64,000 nucleotides of DNA from an uncultured Ruminococcus sp. Lineage in GTDB: Bacteria > Bacillota > Clostridia > Oscillospirales > CAG-382. Both the position numbers and the translations under genes were made by a program. Below, piece by piece: positions 56,347 through 64,000 of this stretch. Each line of letters begins with the position of its first letter. Within the stretch, counting starts at the first letter, position 1. The stretch covers positions 3,272 through 67,271 of the forward strand of contig CAZYRT010000001.1 in the NCBI GenBank assembly GCA_964650045.1, in the 5' to 3' direction. The notes beneath the pieces were generated by a model, which saw nothing but the letters and a program-made list of their open reading frames with translations, was not told the DNA's origin and did not search any database.

Positions 56347-57090
56347 ATGGACGTAAAAAAGGAATCTGTAACAAATGAAATAAATGCAGGCATCACCTTA
56401 AAGGAGCCAAAGGGCGGCATCCGCTTCGGCACAGATGCTCTTTTGTTGGCAGATTTTGCTTTGTCTGTTATTAAAAAGGGCTTGTGTATCGATTTGGGTA
56501 CAGGCTCGGGTGTTATTCCTCTTTTAATGCTCGGCGCAGGCTGTAAGGCGGATTTTTGGGGATTGGAGCTTCAGCAGGAATATGCTGTTGCTGCTCAGGA
56601 AAATGCAGAACGAAACGGTTTTTCTCAACGGTTTCGGGTTATAAACGGCGATGCTTTTGATTATAAGAAGCTTTTTCCCTCGGGAGGAGCCGATCATGTT
56701 ATAACAAATCCTCCCTATATGCGTGCCGATTGCGGTTACAACAACGATTCTCCTGCCTTGGATATTGCAAGAAGGGAAATTTCAGGCGGTGCCGAGATAT
56801 TTTGCAAGGCGGCTTCTTGGGCTTTAAAAAGCGGAGGAAGCTTTTTCGCGGTTTACCGTCCCGATAGATTAGTTCATCTGTTTTGTGCTATGAGAAACAA
56901 CGGAATAGAACCGAAACGTCTTCGCGCTGTTGTGCCTTCTTCCTCCAAAAAGCCCTCTCTTGTTCTTGTAGAGGGAAGAAAGGACGGCAAGGAAGGGCTT
57001 AATTACGAAAACGATCTTTATATTTATACCGACCAAGAACACAAAAACGAGACTTCGGAATTAAAGGAAATATACGAAAGGTTCGGCTAA
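56347..57090 (+). CDS. N6-adenine methyltransferase, tRNA1(Val) m6A37 (TrmN6/YfiC)-like
   Basis: DLGTGSG SAM motif and NPPY catalytic motif (ITNPPYM). Its stop is immediately followed by the next ATG. Confidence 0.7.
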   Translation: MDVKKESVTNEINAGITLKEPKGGIRFGTDALLLADFALSVIKKGLCIDLGTGSGVIPLLMLGAGCKADFWGLELQQEYAVAAQENAERNGFSQRFRVINGDAFDYKKLFPSGGADHVITNPPYMRADCGYNNDSPALDIARREISGGAEIFCKAASWALKSGGSFFAVYRPDRLVHLFCAMRNNGIEPKRLRAVVPSSSKKPSLVLVEGRKDGKEGLNYENDLYIYTDQEHKNETSELKEIYERFG

Positions 57091-60000
57091 ATGAAGAAAG
57101 CTTTAGTTTCTTTAATATTAACGGTTTGCCTGCTTCTTCCCGTTGGAGTTATCAACGGGGCTGTTCTTTTTGCGCCCGAAACACCGTTTGCTCATTTAGA
57201 CGAATTGAGAGAAAAGGCTTTAGAGCAGTCTTTGGAGGATTTTTCGGGAAGAGAAAAGAAAGACGGCGCTGTTCAGGGAAAAGAACGTTATATTGTGAAA
57301 TTCAAGGATTCTGTTTCTTTGCATGATATACAAAAGGTATTGGAGGACGTTTCCTATGAGCTTCTTGCCGAAAGCGATCAACGTCTTTTTGCTTTGGTTT
57401 TGAATGATTCGGCATTTATTAATGAAAATTCGGATATTATTGAATATTCCGAAGCTGACCTTGTGAGAACTTCTCTTGCTGTTGTTGATGACCCTATGGT
57501 TATCCAAGGGTATGAAAAAATGGATGTTTACGGAGCTTGGGATATTGCAACGGGAAACGAATCGGTTATCGTTGCGGTTCTTGACACAGGTGTTGACCGA
57601 ACACACGAGGATTTGAAAAATGTAAAAATACTTTCGGGCTATGATGCAGTTTCGGGAATTGCGGATGTAAACGAGGATACTGCAGGACACGGAACCGGCG
57701 TTATCGGTCTTATAGCCGCAACGGCCAATAATAATATTGGAATTGCAGGAATCGCCCACGGTGTTTCGATTCTTCCCATAAAGGTTGCGGTCAGCAACAC
57801 GACTATCTATTCCTCTGACCTTATTAAGGGTATACGTTTTGCTGCCGATGCAGGAGCGAAGGTTATAAATATGTCTATCGGAGGCTATGCTTCCTCTTAT
57901 GCCGAGCAGGCGGCTGTGGACTATGCTGTTTCCAAGGGCTGTATTCTTATATCTGCCGCAGGTAACGGAGGAAAAGGAGAATTTGCAGGTCAAAAAAGTT
58001 ATCCTGCTTCTTATGACGGAGTTATTTCGGTTGCTTCGGTTGATGCTTCCGGAACCCCCAGCAGCTTCTCTCAATATAACGATTCCGTGGATGTTGCCGC
58101 TTACGGAGAAAAGCTTCCTCTGCCTTATGTTGACGGGGATAGAAATTCTCTTTATAAAGAGGATTCGGGAACCAGCTTTTCCTGTGCCTTTGTAAGCGGT
58201 ATTGCCGCGCTTGCCGTTTCCTTAACAGGAGACAGCGCAAGGTTGGAAAGCGAGGAATTCCTCTCTCTGATAATCGAATCCTGCGGTGAAGACCGCAATG
58301 ACCGTGTGGGTTACGGCATAATCAACGCGAAAGAGATATTAAACCTTGCGACCAAGCCTATTATAACAGGTGTTTCAAACGGAAAAAACTATTCGGACAG
58401 CGTGAATATAGGTTTTAACCGAGGCACGGCAACTCTTGACGGAGAATCGATCGAGGATGGACAAATTGTTATTGCCAACGGCAAGCATACCTTGGTGGTT
58501 ACAGACGGCGAAAACAAAAAAACGGTTACCTTCCGTTTGGAATACGATCCTATCTCATATAAATTTTATGAGTTCCCCAGCTATGCCTATTTTGAATTTT
58601 CCAAGGGAACAGCCTTTTTGGACGGTTTTCCTTATGTATCGGGTGAACGTATAACAGAATCGGGACGTCATTTGTTTGTTTTGACCGATGGGGATCAGCG
58701 TTTGGAGAAAAGCATTGATCTGTCTTACACTCTGCCCACAGTTTACGGTGTTGAAGAGGGAAAGACCTATAACCGTCCCATAGAAATCTCGGTTATAGGT
58801 GACGGCAGCGCAGAGCTTGACGGCAAGCAGATTTACGGCAAAACGGTTATATATACTAACGGTGACCATAAGCTTAAGCTTATAAGCGGAAACGGTGCCA
58901 TAATCCAAGAAATACAGTTTTCTCTCAACTGCAAAGATATGGAATTTATCGACAACGATTATGCCAACGGCAGCGCTTTTGTTGATGAAGAAAACGGATT
59001 TGTCTGCCTTTACGGCGAAACCTTGGTGGGCGCCCGTATTTATGATATTTCGGCTTTGAATAAATATTTGTGCTTCCTTCCCGTTGGGGAGGTTTACGGT
59101 CATGCCGTTCGCGGAGACGAATTGCTTCTTTTCGGTGTCGAAGGTGTTACTGTTATTGACAGAGCTTCTGCAAAAAACGGAAAGGATTCTGTAAAAGAGG
59201 TTTATAAATTTGACGATATAAGCTATTATACCTATTTTCAGGATACGGTTTACGGGTTCGGAAACGGAAATATGTATTTCCTTGATGAATTTGGTATTCC
59301 TGCCTTGGCTGCCGAGCTTGGCTTCAATTGTGAAAAAGCCTTTTTCCAAGAAGGAAAATTTCTCCTTCTCAACCCTTCCGCGGACAATATTCTCAGAATT
59401 TTCGATCCCGTTACAAGTGAGATTCAAAATATCGACCTTCCCGTTGCATTAAAGGATGAAAAAATCGTCTTCGGAGAGGGGAAGCTTGCTGTAGGCAATA
59501 AGCTGTTTGATATTTTCAGCGGTGAAGCTTTGCTTGAATTCAGCTCTAATTTTGCGGTTGCCGTAAAGGACAATAGGGTTTATACCGGTAACAGCATCAT
59601 TGACATTGAAAGCGGAAGGATTTTGGGAGTTTTCCCCTTCCAAATTTCAGATATATCGGTTACCGAAAGCGGAAATTATCTTTTCGGTACTGAGAAAAAG
59701 GCGGCTGTTATAAAAACCAAAAACGGTGATGTGTCGGATTTTGGAGTTGCGGAAAACCTAGAATATGTTTTCTCGGAAACCTATTCGATGAATCCTTATC
59801 ATATAAACGGTTATTATGACAGATATTCTTCTCTTATCTCCACCTCGGTTTCGGGAAATAAAATGTTTTTGCTGTTTCAAGGAAAGCCTATGCTATACAG
59901 CTTTGACGGTGAAACATTTACTGAGGGCAAGCCTTTGGAATTGAAATATATGCCTTCTCGGGTAAATTGCTCCAACGGTTATGTGGCTGTATCCTTTGTC

Positions 60001-62601
60001 AACGGCAAAGCGCTGTATATCGCTCCGGCGGATTCGCCTGCCGAGGGAAGATATATCTCTCTTTCCTATGCTTGTGACGATGCAGCATCGGCGAACCGAA
60101 ATATATATTTTACTTCGGGCGGAAAGCTTTTTGTCTATACACTCGACACAGATGTCCTTTTGGAGACAGATATATCTGCCTTTGAAGTAGAAACAGGAGA
60201 AAATGGATTGTTTGTTGTTGCAAACAGTAATATTTATCATTATGATTACAGTCTTTCTCTCCTTTCTTCGGCTTCCTGCGGAAACGGAAAATTGGTTTTG
60301 GATGAATATTATGCCGCAGTAGGCAAGGATGTATTCAATATTCAGAATTTGTCTAAAATCGGCTCGACCGATTCGGATATTCTTGCCATAAAGGGAGCTT
60401 ACGGTGTTACCTCCGACGGTATTTTCAAATTGGATGTTAACCGATATGCAGGTGATACTGCTATAAAATATTCTGCTTCGGCGGCTATTATTGAAAATAA
60501 TACCGTTGTAACCTTCGGCGGCGGCGACGTTTGCTTCTGCGCCTACGGAGACGGAACCGATGTTATTCTGAATCCCGAAATTACGGGGATAACAGACGGC
60601 GGTGTTTATGAAGGCAGCGCTTTAATAAGCTATACAAACGGCTTTGGCTATCTTGACGGAAAGAGCTTTCAATCAGGCGGTGAAATAAAGGATGTGGGAC
60701 GCCATGAATTTGTTCTGTCGTTGCCTTGTTCGAGAAATATCGTTATAAGCTTTTATGTTTCCGCGCCGTTATCAAAAATAGAATTTGCATCCGGCAACCG
60801 TACTCTTTCGGTAGGCGAAAGCTTCACTCTTTCTCTCAGCTATCTGCCTGCAGGCGCAACCTCTGTTAAAGCGGAATTTCAATGGGATTCTGAAGGTTTG
60901 TCTATAACCGAGGATGGTGTGGTTACTGCCGTTGGTCCGGGAAAATATGCGGTCAAGGCTATTGTAAGAACCGAAACCAGCGTTTTGGAAGCCAACTGTA
61001 TTATAACCGTCGAGGAATCGCCTGCGGTATTCCCTGATGAAAGCGGAATTGTTATCGACCGCAACAGTAATTTTGTCGTGGGAGCAGAATCGGGAAAAAC
61101 CGCTTCAGAGCTTTTGGAACTGTTGGAAACAGAAAGGGTTGCTGAAATAGTAAACGAAAAAGGCGAAGCTGTTACAGGAAGGCTTTTCACAGGACATAAG
61201 CTTATTATCCACGGTTCAAACGGCGGTCCCGATGATGAGTTGACGATTATAGTAAAGGGTGATACCGACGGAGACGGATATATTTCTTCAATGGACCTTT
61301 ATGTTTTAAAGAGCATATTGGGCGGCAAGACATTTGAGCCTATGTATGTCCGCGCCGCTGACTTAAACGGCAGCGCTTCGGTTACTGATAAGGATTACAG
61401 AATTCTTGAAAATATCCTTTTGGGCAAAACTCAGGTGTCCATGGCGGCTCCTGAAAATCTCTATTTCGGTGCATTTGATGTGCAGACCCATACAAAAGCC
61501 GAAAGCGGAGGATTTATTGATGCTGCTGTTATCCTTTCCGGCTGTAAGCACGCTCAGGGGGTTTACGGTAAGCTGAATTACGGAAGCGGATTGGAATTGA
61601 CCGAGTTTTCGGCAGAGGGCTGGGAATTTGAATATCATGATTTCGGCGGAGAGATCGGTTTTTATGCCTATTCTCCTCAAGGAGAGGAATGCGGAACCGC
61701 TTTCAAGGTACTTTTGAACCTTCGCTTCAAGGTGGTTGCAGCTGCCGATGAGATCGTTTCGATATCCTCCGAGGGATTGAATGTTTCCATGCACGGTGAA
61801 TGCCGTAAGGTTAAGTTCAATTCTATGGAAAGAACTGTTGCCGAATCTGTGGACGGTGATTTCAAGATCGAAATATCCAATGCTTACGGATATTATTTCT
61901 CCCGTGATGTTTATGAATATAGCATAACTGTGCCGTACAACAGCGCATTGGTGGATATATGGACAATTTGCGGTGAGCTTCAATCAGCTTCGGTTTCCTC
62001 TTGCGTGGTTCCCGATTCGGGAGAAACACAGATAAATGTGAAATTTTCGGATCGGCTCACCGGTACATTCTATTATACCTTTAATATAAAAAGAGAGGAA
62101 ACGCCGAGAATCGATGCGAATTGCAGGCTTTCGGATCTGGAAATACAGGGATTCCAGTTCAAACCTGTATTTTCTCCCGATTTTCATGAATATTATCTTA
62201 CTGTTCCCTATGGAACCCAAAAGCTTGAAATATATGCAATTGCCGAAAGCAGCTCGGCTTCGGTATATATAAGCGACAGCAATCTGTCTGTGGGAGAAAA
62301 TGTTATAAAAGTAACAGTTTATGCTCCTGACGGCGAGGCTATGGAATATATTATAAATGCCGAACGCTCGGCTCCTCCTCAGCAATCGGAGCCTTCTGAC
62401 GAATCTTCTGAAGTATCCGAACCGATTTCCTACGAGGTTTCCGAGATAAGCTCTTATGAAGAATCTTCGTTATCGTCTTTAGATATTCAGGAAGAAAAGG
62501 GTTATGTAGGTACAACCATTGCAGTTGTTTGTGTTGTTGCGGCTGCTGTTCTTGTGGTTTTGACTTACAGAAGAAAAAACGGCGGTTCTGTTGAGAGATG
62601 A
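57091..62601 (+). CDS. 1836-aa membrane-anchored S8 subtilisin-like protease with repeat, Big_2-like, dockerin-like, cohesin-like and cadherin-like modules
   Basis: Signal peptide. I9-like propeptide. Catalytic triad contexts VAVLDTGVD, GHGTGVIG, SGTSFSCAFVSG. Four modules of about 60 aa (G..Y...A.LDG...G.H.L.V). Big_2-like at about 60.77-60.97 kb. GDTDGDGYISSMDLYVLK...ADLNGSASVTDKDY at about 61.26-61.43 kb. Cadherin-like ...LSDLEIQGFQFKPVFSPDFHEYYLTVPY. C-terminal TM. Confidence 0.8.
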   Translation: MKKALVSLILTVCLLLPVGVINGAVLFAPETPFAHLDELREKALEQSLEDFSGREKKDGAVQGKERYIVKFKDSVSLHDIQKVLEDVSYELLAESDQRLFALVLNDSAFINENSDIIEYSEADLVRTSLAVVDDPMVIQGYEKMDVYGAWDIATGNESVIVAVLDTGVDRTHEDLKNVKILSGYDAVSGIADVNEDTAGHGTGVIGLIAATANNNIGIAGIAHGVSILPIKVAVSNTTIYSSDLIKGIRFAADAGAKVINMSIGGYASSYAEQAAVDYAVSKGCILISAAGNGGKGEFAGQKSYPASYDGVISVASVDASGTPSSFSQYNDSVDVAAYGEKLPLPYVDGDRNSLYKEDSGTSFSCAFVSGIAALAVSLTGDSARLESEEFLSLIIESCGEDRNDRVGYGIINAKEILNLATKPIITGVSNGKNYSDSVNIGFNRGTATLDGESIEDGQIVIANGKHTLVVTDGENKKTVTFRLEYDPISYKFYEFPSYAYFEFSKGTAFLDGFPYVSGERITESGRHLFVLTDGDQRLEKSIDLSYTLPTVYGVEEGKTYNRPIEISVIGDGSAELDGKQIYGKTVIYTNGDHKLKLISGNGAIIQEIQFSLNCKDMEFIDNDYANGSAFVDEENGFVCLYGETLVGARIYDISALNKYLCFLPVGEVYGHAVRGDELLLFGVEGVTVIDRASAKNGKDSVKEVYKFDDISYYTYFQDTVYGFGNGNMYFLDEFGIPALAAELGFNCEKAFFQEGKFLLLNPSADNILRIFDPVTSEIQNIDLPVALKDEKIVFGEGKLAVGNKLFDIFSGEALLEFSSNFAVAVKDNRVYTGNSIIDIESGRILGVFPFQISDISVTESGNYLFGTEKKAAVIKTKNGDVSDFGVAENLEYVFSETYSMNPYHINGYYDRYSSLISTSVSGNKMFLLFQGKPMLYSFDGETFTEGKPLELKYMPSRVNCSNGYVAVSFVNGKALYIAPADSPAEGRYISLSYACDDAASANRNIYFTSGGKLFVYTLDTDVLLETDISAFEVETGENGLFVVANSNIYHYDYSLSLLSSASCGNGKLVLDEYYAAVGKDVFNIQNLSKIGSTDSDILAIKGAYGVTSDGIFKLDVNRYAGDTAIKYSASAAIIENNTVVTFGGGDVCFCAYGDGTDVILNPEITGITDGGVYEGSALISYTNGFGYLDGKSFQSGGEIKDVGRHEFVLSLPCSRNIVISFYVSAPLSKIEFASGNRTLSVGESFTLSLSYLPAGATSVKAEFQWDSEGLSITEDGVVTAVGPGKYAVKAIVRTETSVLEANCIITVEESPAVFPDESGIVIDRNSNFVVGAESGKTASELLELLETERVAEIVNEKGEAVTGRLFTGHKLIIHGSNGGPDDELTIIVKGDTDGDGYISSMDLYVLKSILGGKTFEPMYVRAADLNGSASVTDKDYRILENILLGKTQVSMAAPENLYFGAFDVQTHTKAESGGFIDAAVILSGCKHAQGVYGKLNYGSGLELTEFSAEGWEFEYHDFGGEIGFYAYSPQGEECGTAFKVLLNLRFKVVAAADEIVSISSEGLNVSMHGECRKVKFNSMERTVAESVDGDFKIEISNAYGYYFSRDVYEYSITVPYNSALVDIWTICGELQSASVSSCVVPDSGETQINVKFSDRLTGTFYYTFNIKREETPRIDANCRLSDLEIQGFQFKPVFSPDFHEYYLTVPYGTQKLEIYAIAESSSASVYISDSNLSVGENVIKVTVYAPDGEAMEYIINAERSAPPQQSEPSDESSEVSEPISYEVSEISSYEESSLSSLDIQEEKGYVGTTIAVVCVVAAAVLVVLTYRRKNGGSVER

Positions 62602-62662
62602 TGTATATATCTTGACTTATTTCGAAAAAAGAAGTAAAATAAGTAGAATAAAGAGGAATATT

Positions 62663-63682
62663 ATGATTTTAGAGGGCTTTATGAAAAGAATTATCAGTAT
62701 TTTTACAGTTTTACTTATGATACTCTGCCTTTTTGTTCCCGTTGTAGCGAATGCCGAGGAAACAAGCACGCAGGAAAAGATACAAGGCGACTATGGTGTT
62801 GACCTTTCGGTTTGGAACATAGGGGGAAGCAAGGTAATGGATTATTCCCTCATTGATTTCAAAAAAGCCAAGGAGGCGGGCTGTGAATATGCCATTCTCC
62901 GAATAGGCTTTGAGGGTTCTTCCACAAGAGAGGATACATTGGACCTTGCTTTTCTTGAATATTACAAAATGGCAAGAGAAGCGGGAATGAAGCTTGGGAT
63001 TTATTTCTATGCCTTGGCAACAACTTATGATCAGGCTGTTAACGATGCAGAATGGGTCATCAAGGTTATCGAAGATAATGATCTTTATTTCGAATATCCT
63101 CTTTACTATGATGTTGAAACAGGACCCCATTATGCTTTGAGCGCTGTTCAGATGACAAGCCTTTGCAACGGTTGGTGCCAGACTCTCGAAAAAGCAGGCT
63201 ATTACGGCGGTGTTTACGGTCGTGCCGACATTCTCGATAAGCTTGACGACGAGTTCAAATCAAAATACAGCCTTTGGCTCAGATACATAAAGACCGATTC
63301 ACCTCTCGGTAAGCAATATGACCCCGATACTTTGGACAAGAGTGCAGATTGCCAGCTTTGGCAATATACAATGTTCCAAAAGTTCGACGGTATTCAAAAC
63401 GATGAGCTTGACGGCAATTTCTGCTATATAAACTATGCCGAATTTATGGCTCAAAACGGTTATAATAATTACACATTGGAGCTTTATAACGAAGCCGAGG
63501 GCATCGAATCCGAAGAGGTTTTCGAAGGAACAGAAAGCCTTGATCCTGTTAGTGATGCTGTGGAGGCAGAAGGCGGCATCAGCGTTATGGGAATCGTTTT
63601 CATAGCGTTGGGAGCAGTTGCCGGATTGGCGGCTGTTATCGTTTTGATAGTGGTTTTGTGTAAAAAAGAAAATAAAATGTGA
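62663..63682 (+). CDS. GH25 muramidase (lysozyme) with a C-terminal TM helix
   Basis: ATG 62663 after AGAGGA. Signal peptide. YGVDLSVWNIG...AILRIGFEG...GIYFYA...PLYYDVE fits the GH25 barrel. C-terminal IVFIALGAVAGLAAVIVLIVVL. Confidence 0.7.
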   Translation: MILEGFMKRIISIFTVLLMILCLFVPVVANAEETSTQEKIQGDYGVDLSVWNIGGSKVMDYSLIDFKKAKEAGCEYAILRIGFEGSSTREDTLDLAFLEYYKMAREAGMKLGIYFYALATTYDQAVNDAEWVIKVIEDNDLYFEYPLYYDVETGPHYALSAVQMTSLCNGWCQTLEKAGYYGGVYGRADILDKLDDEFKSKYSLWLRYIKTDSPLGKQYDPDTLDKSADCQLWQYTMFQKFDGIQNDELDGNFCYINYAEFMAQNGYNNYTLELYNEAEGIESEEVFEGTESLDPVSDAVEAEGGISVMGIVFIALGAVAGLAAVIVLIVVLCKKENKM

Positions 63683-63760
63683 ATTTAACATTTTATGTCT
63701 TTACAAAAGGGTTATTTATAATTATAATATGTAAGAAAAAATTGCTGACAGGAGGATAAT

Positions 63761-64000
63761 ATGACAAGGAAAAAGCATATAGGACTTTTGCTGATAGTTG
63801 CGGCTGTGCTTTCGGTTTTGAGAACTGTTATCGTAATATGCGGTATGGAAAAGAATGTTTATGAAACCGACACATATTATCTTTCCGACAGTATTGTAAA
63901 CGATATTTTTACCGTTATATTTGTGGCGGCGCTTTTGGTGTTTTTGCTCATCGCTGTAAAGATAGGAAAAGGCTGTCGTTTTGAATTCGATTTGAAAAAC
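63761..64000 (+). CDS. Membrane protein, 3' end beyond the window
   Basis: ATG after AGGAGG. MTRKKHIGLLLIVAAVLSVL... has two hydrophobic helices. The ORF is still open at base 64000. Confidence 0.4.
   Translation, partial: MTRKKHIGLLLIVAAVLSVLRTVIVICGMEKNVYETDTYYLSDSIVNDIFTVIFVAALLVFLLIAVKIGKGCRFEFDLKN

Overview
This window covers the chromosomal replication-origin region of a low-GC Firmicute of the class Clostridia. Dockerin and cohesin-like modules and the gene content suggest a Ruminococcus-like Oscillospiraceae organism, but that is inference only. The minus-strand backbone is dnaA, oriC (a DnaA-box cluster in the dnaA-dnaN spacer), dnaN, recF, a remB-like gene, gyrB, a frameshifted DUF559 gene, gyrA and a PPTase gene. 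Diverging from it on the plus strand are a GT-C-like membrane protein gene, then rpmH-rnpA-yidD-yidC-jag.

The left flank holds aspS (5' truncated), a five-gene GldA/F/G-like ABC cluster, and a TPP riboswitch followed by thiT. The right flank holds ybaK, a DUF1680/GH127-like gene, tpiA, pgk, two perfect parS sites, an RNB-like gene with a degenerate active site, a SpoIID-like operon, a patatin gene, yerC, metF-metH, maf, proB and ogg. It also carries many cell-surface genes:
- three paralogous phosphodiester-glycosidase/FIVAR/discoidin-like proteins, two with a dockerin and one with a TM anchor
- a VTC-domain / DUF4956 / Cthe_2159-like beta-helix operon
- an 1836-aa S8 protease with dockerin-like, cohesin-like and cadherin-like modules
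- a GH25 muramidase

No transposase, integrase, CRISPR array, tRNA or rRNA gene was seen. The non-coding space is unusually rich in structure:
- a roughly 51-nt dispersed repeat family with at least 7 clear copies, some abutting the start codons of recF, gyrA, gyrB and dnaN
- a double-hairpin repeat directly after the stop codons of dnaA, dnaN and recF
- a 129-nt composite palindrome between the DUF559 gene and gyrA
- AGTGATAT-plus-hairpin arrays on both sides of tpiA

The best candidate for an undescribed system is the VTC/DUF4956/beta-helix operon. The paralog triad and the repeat families come next. All family assignments come from reading motifs by eye; no searches were run.
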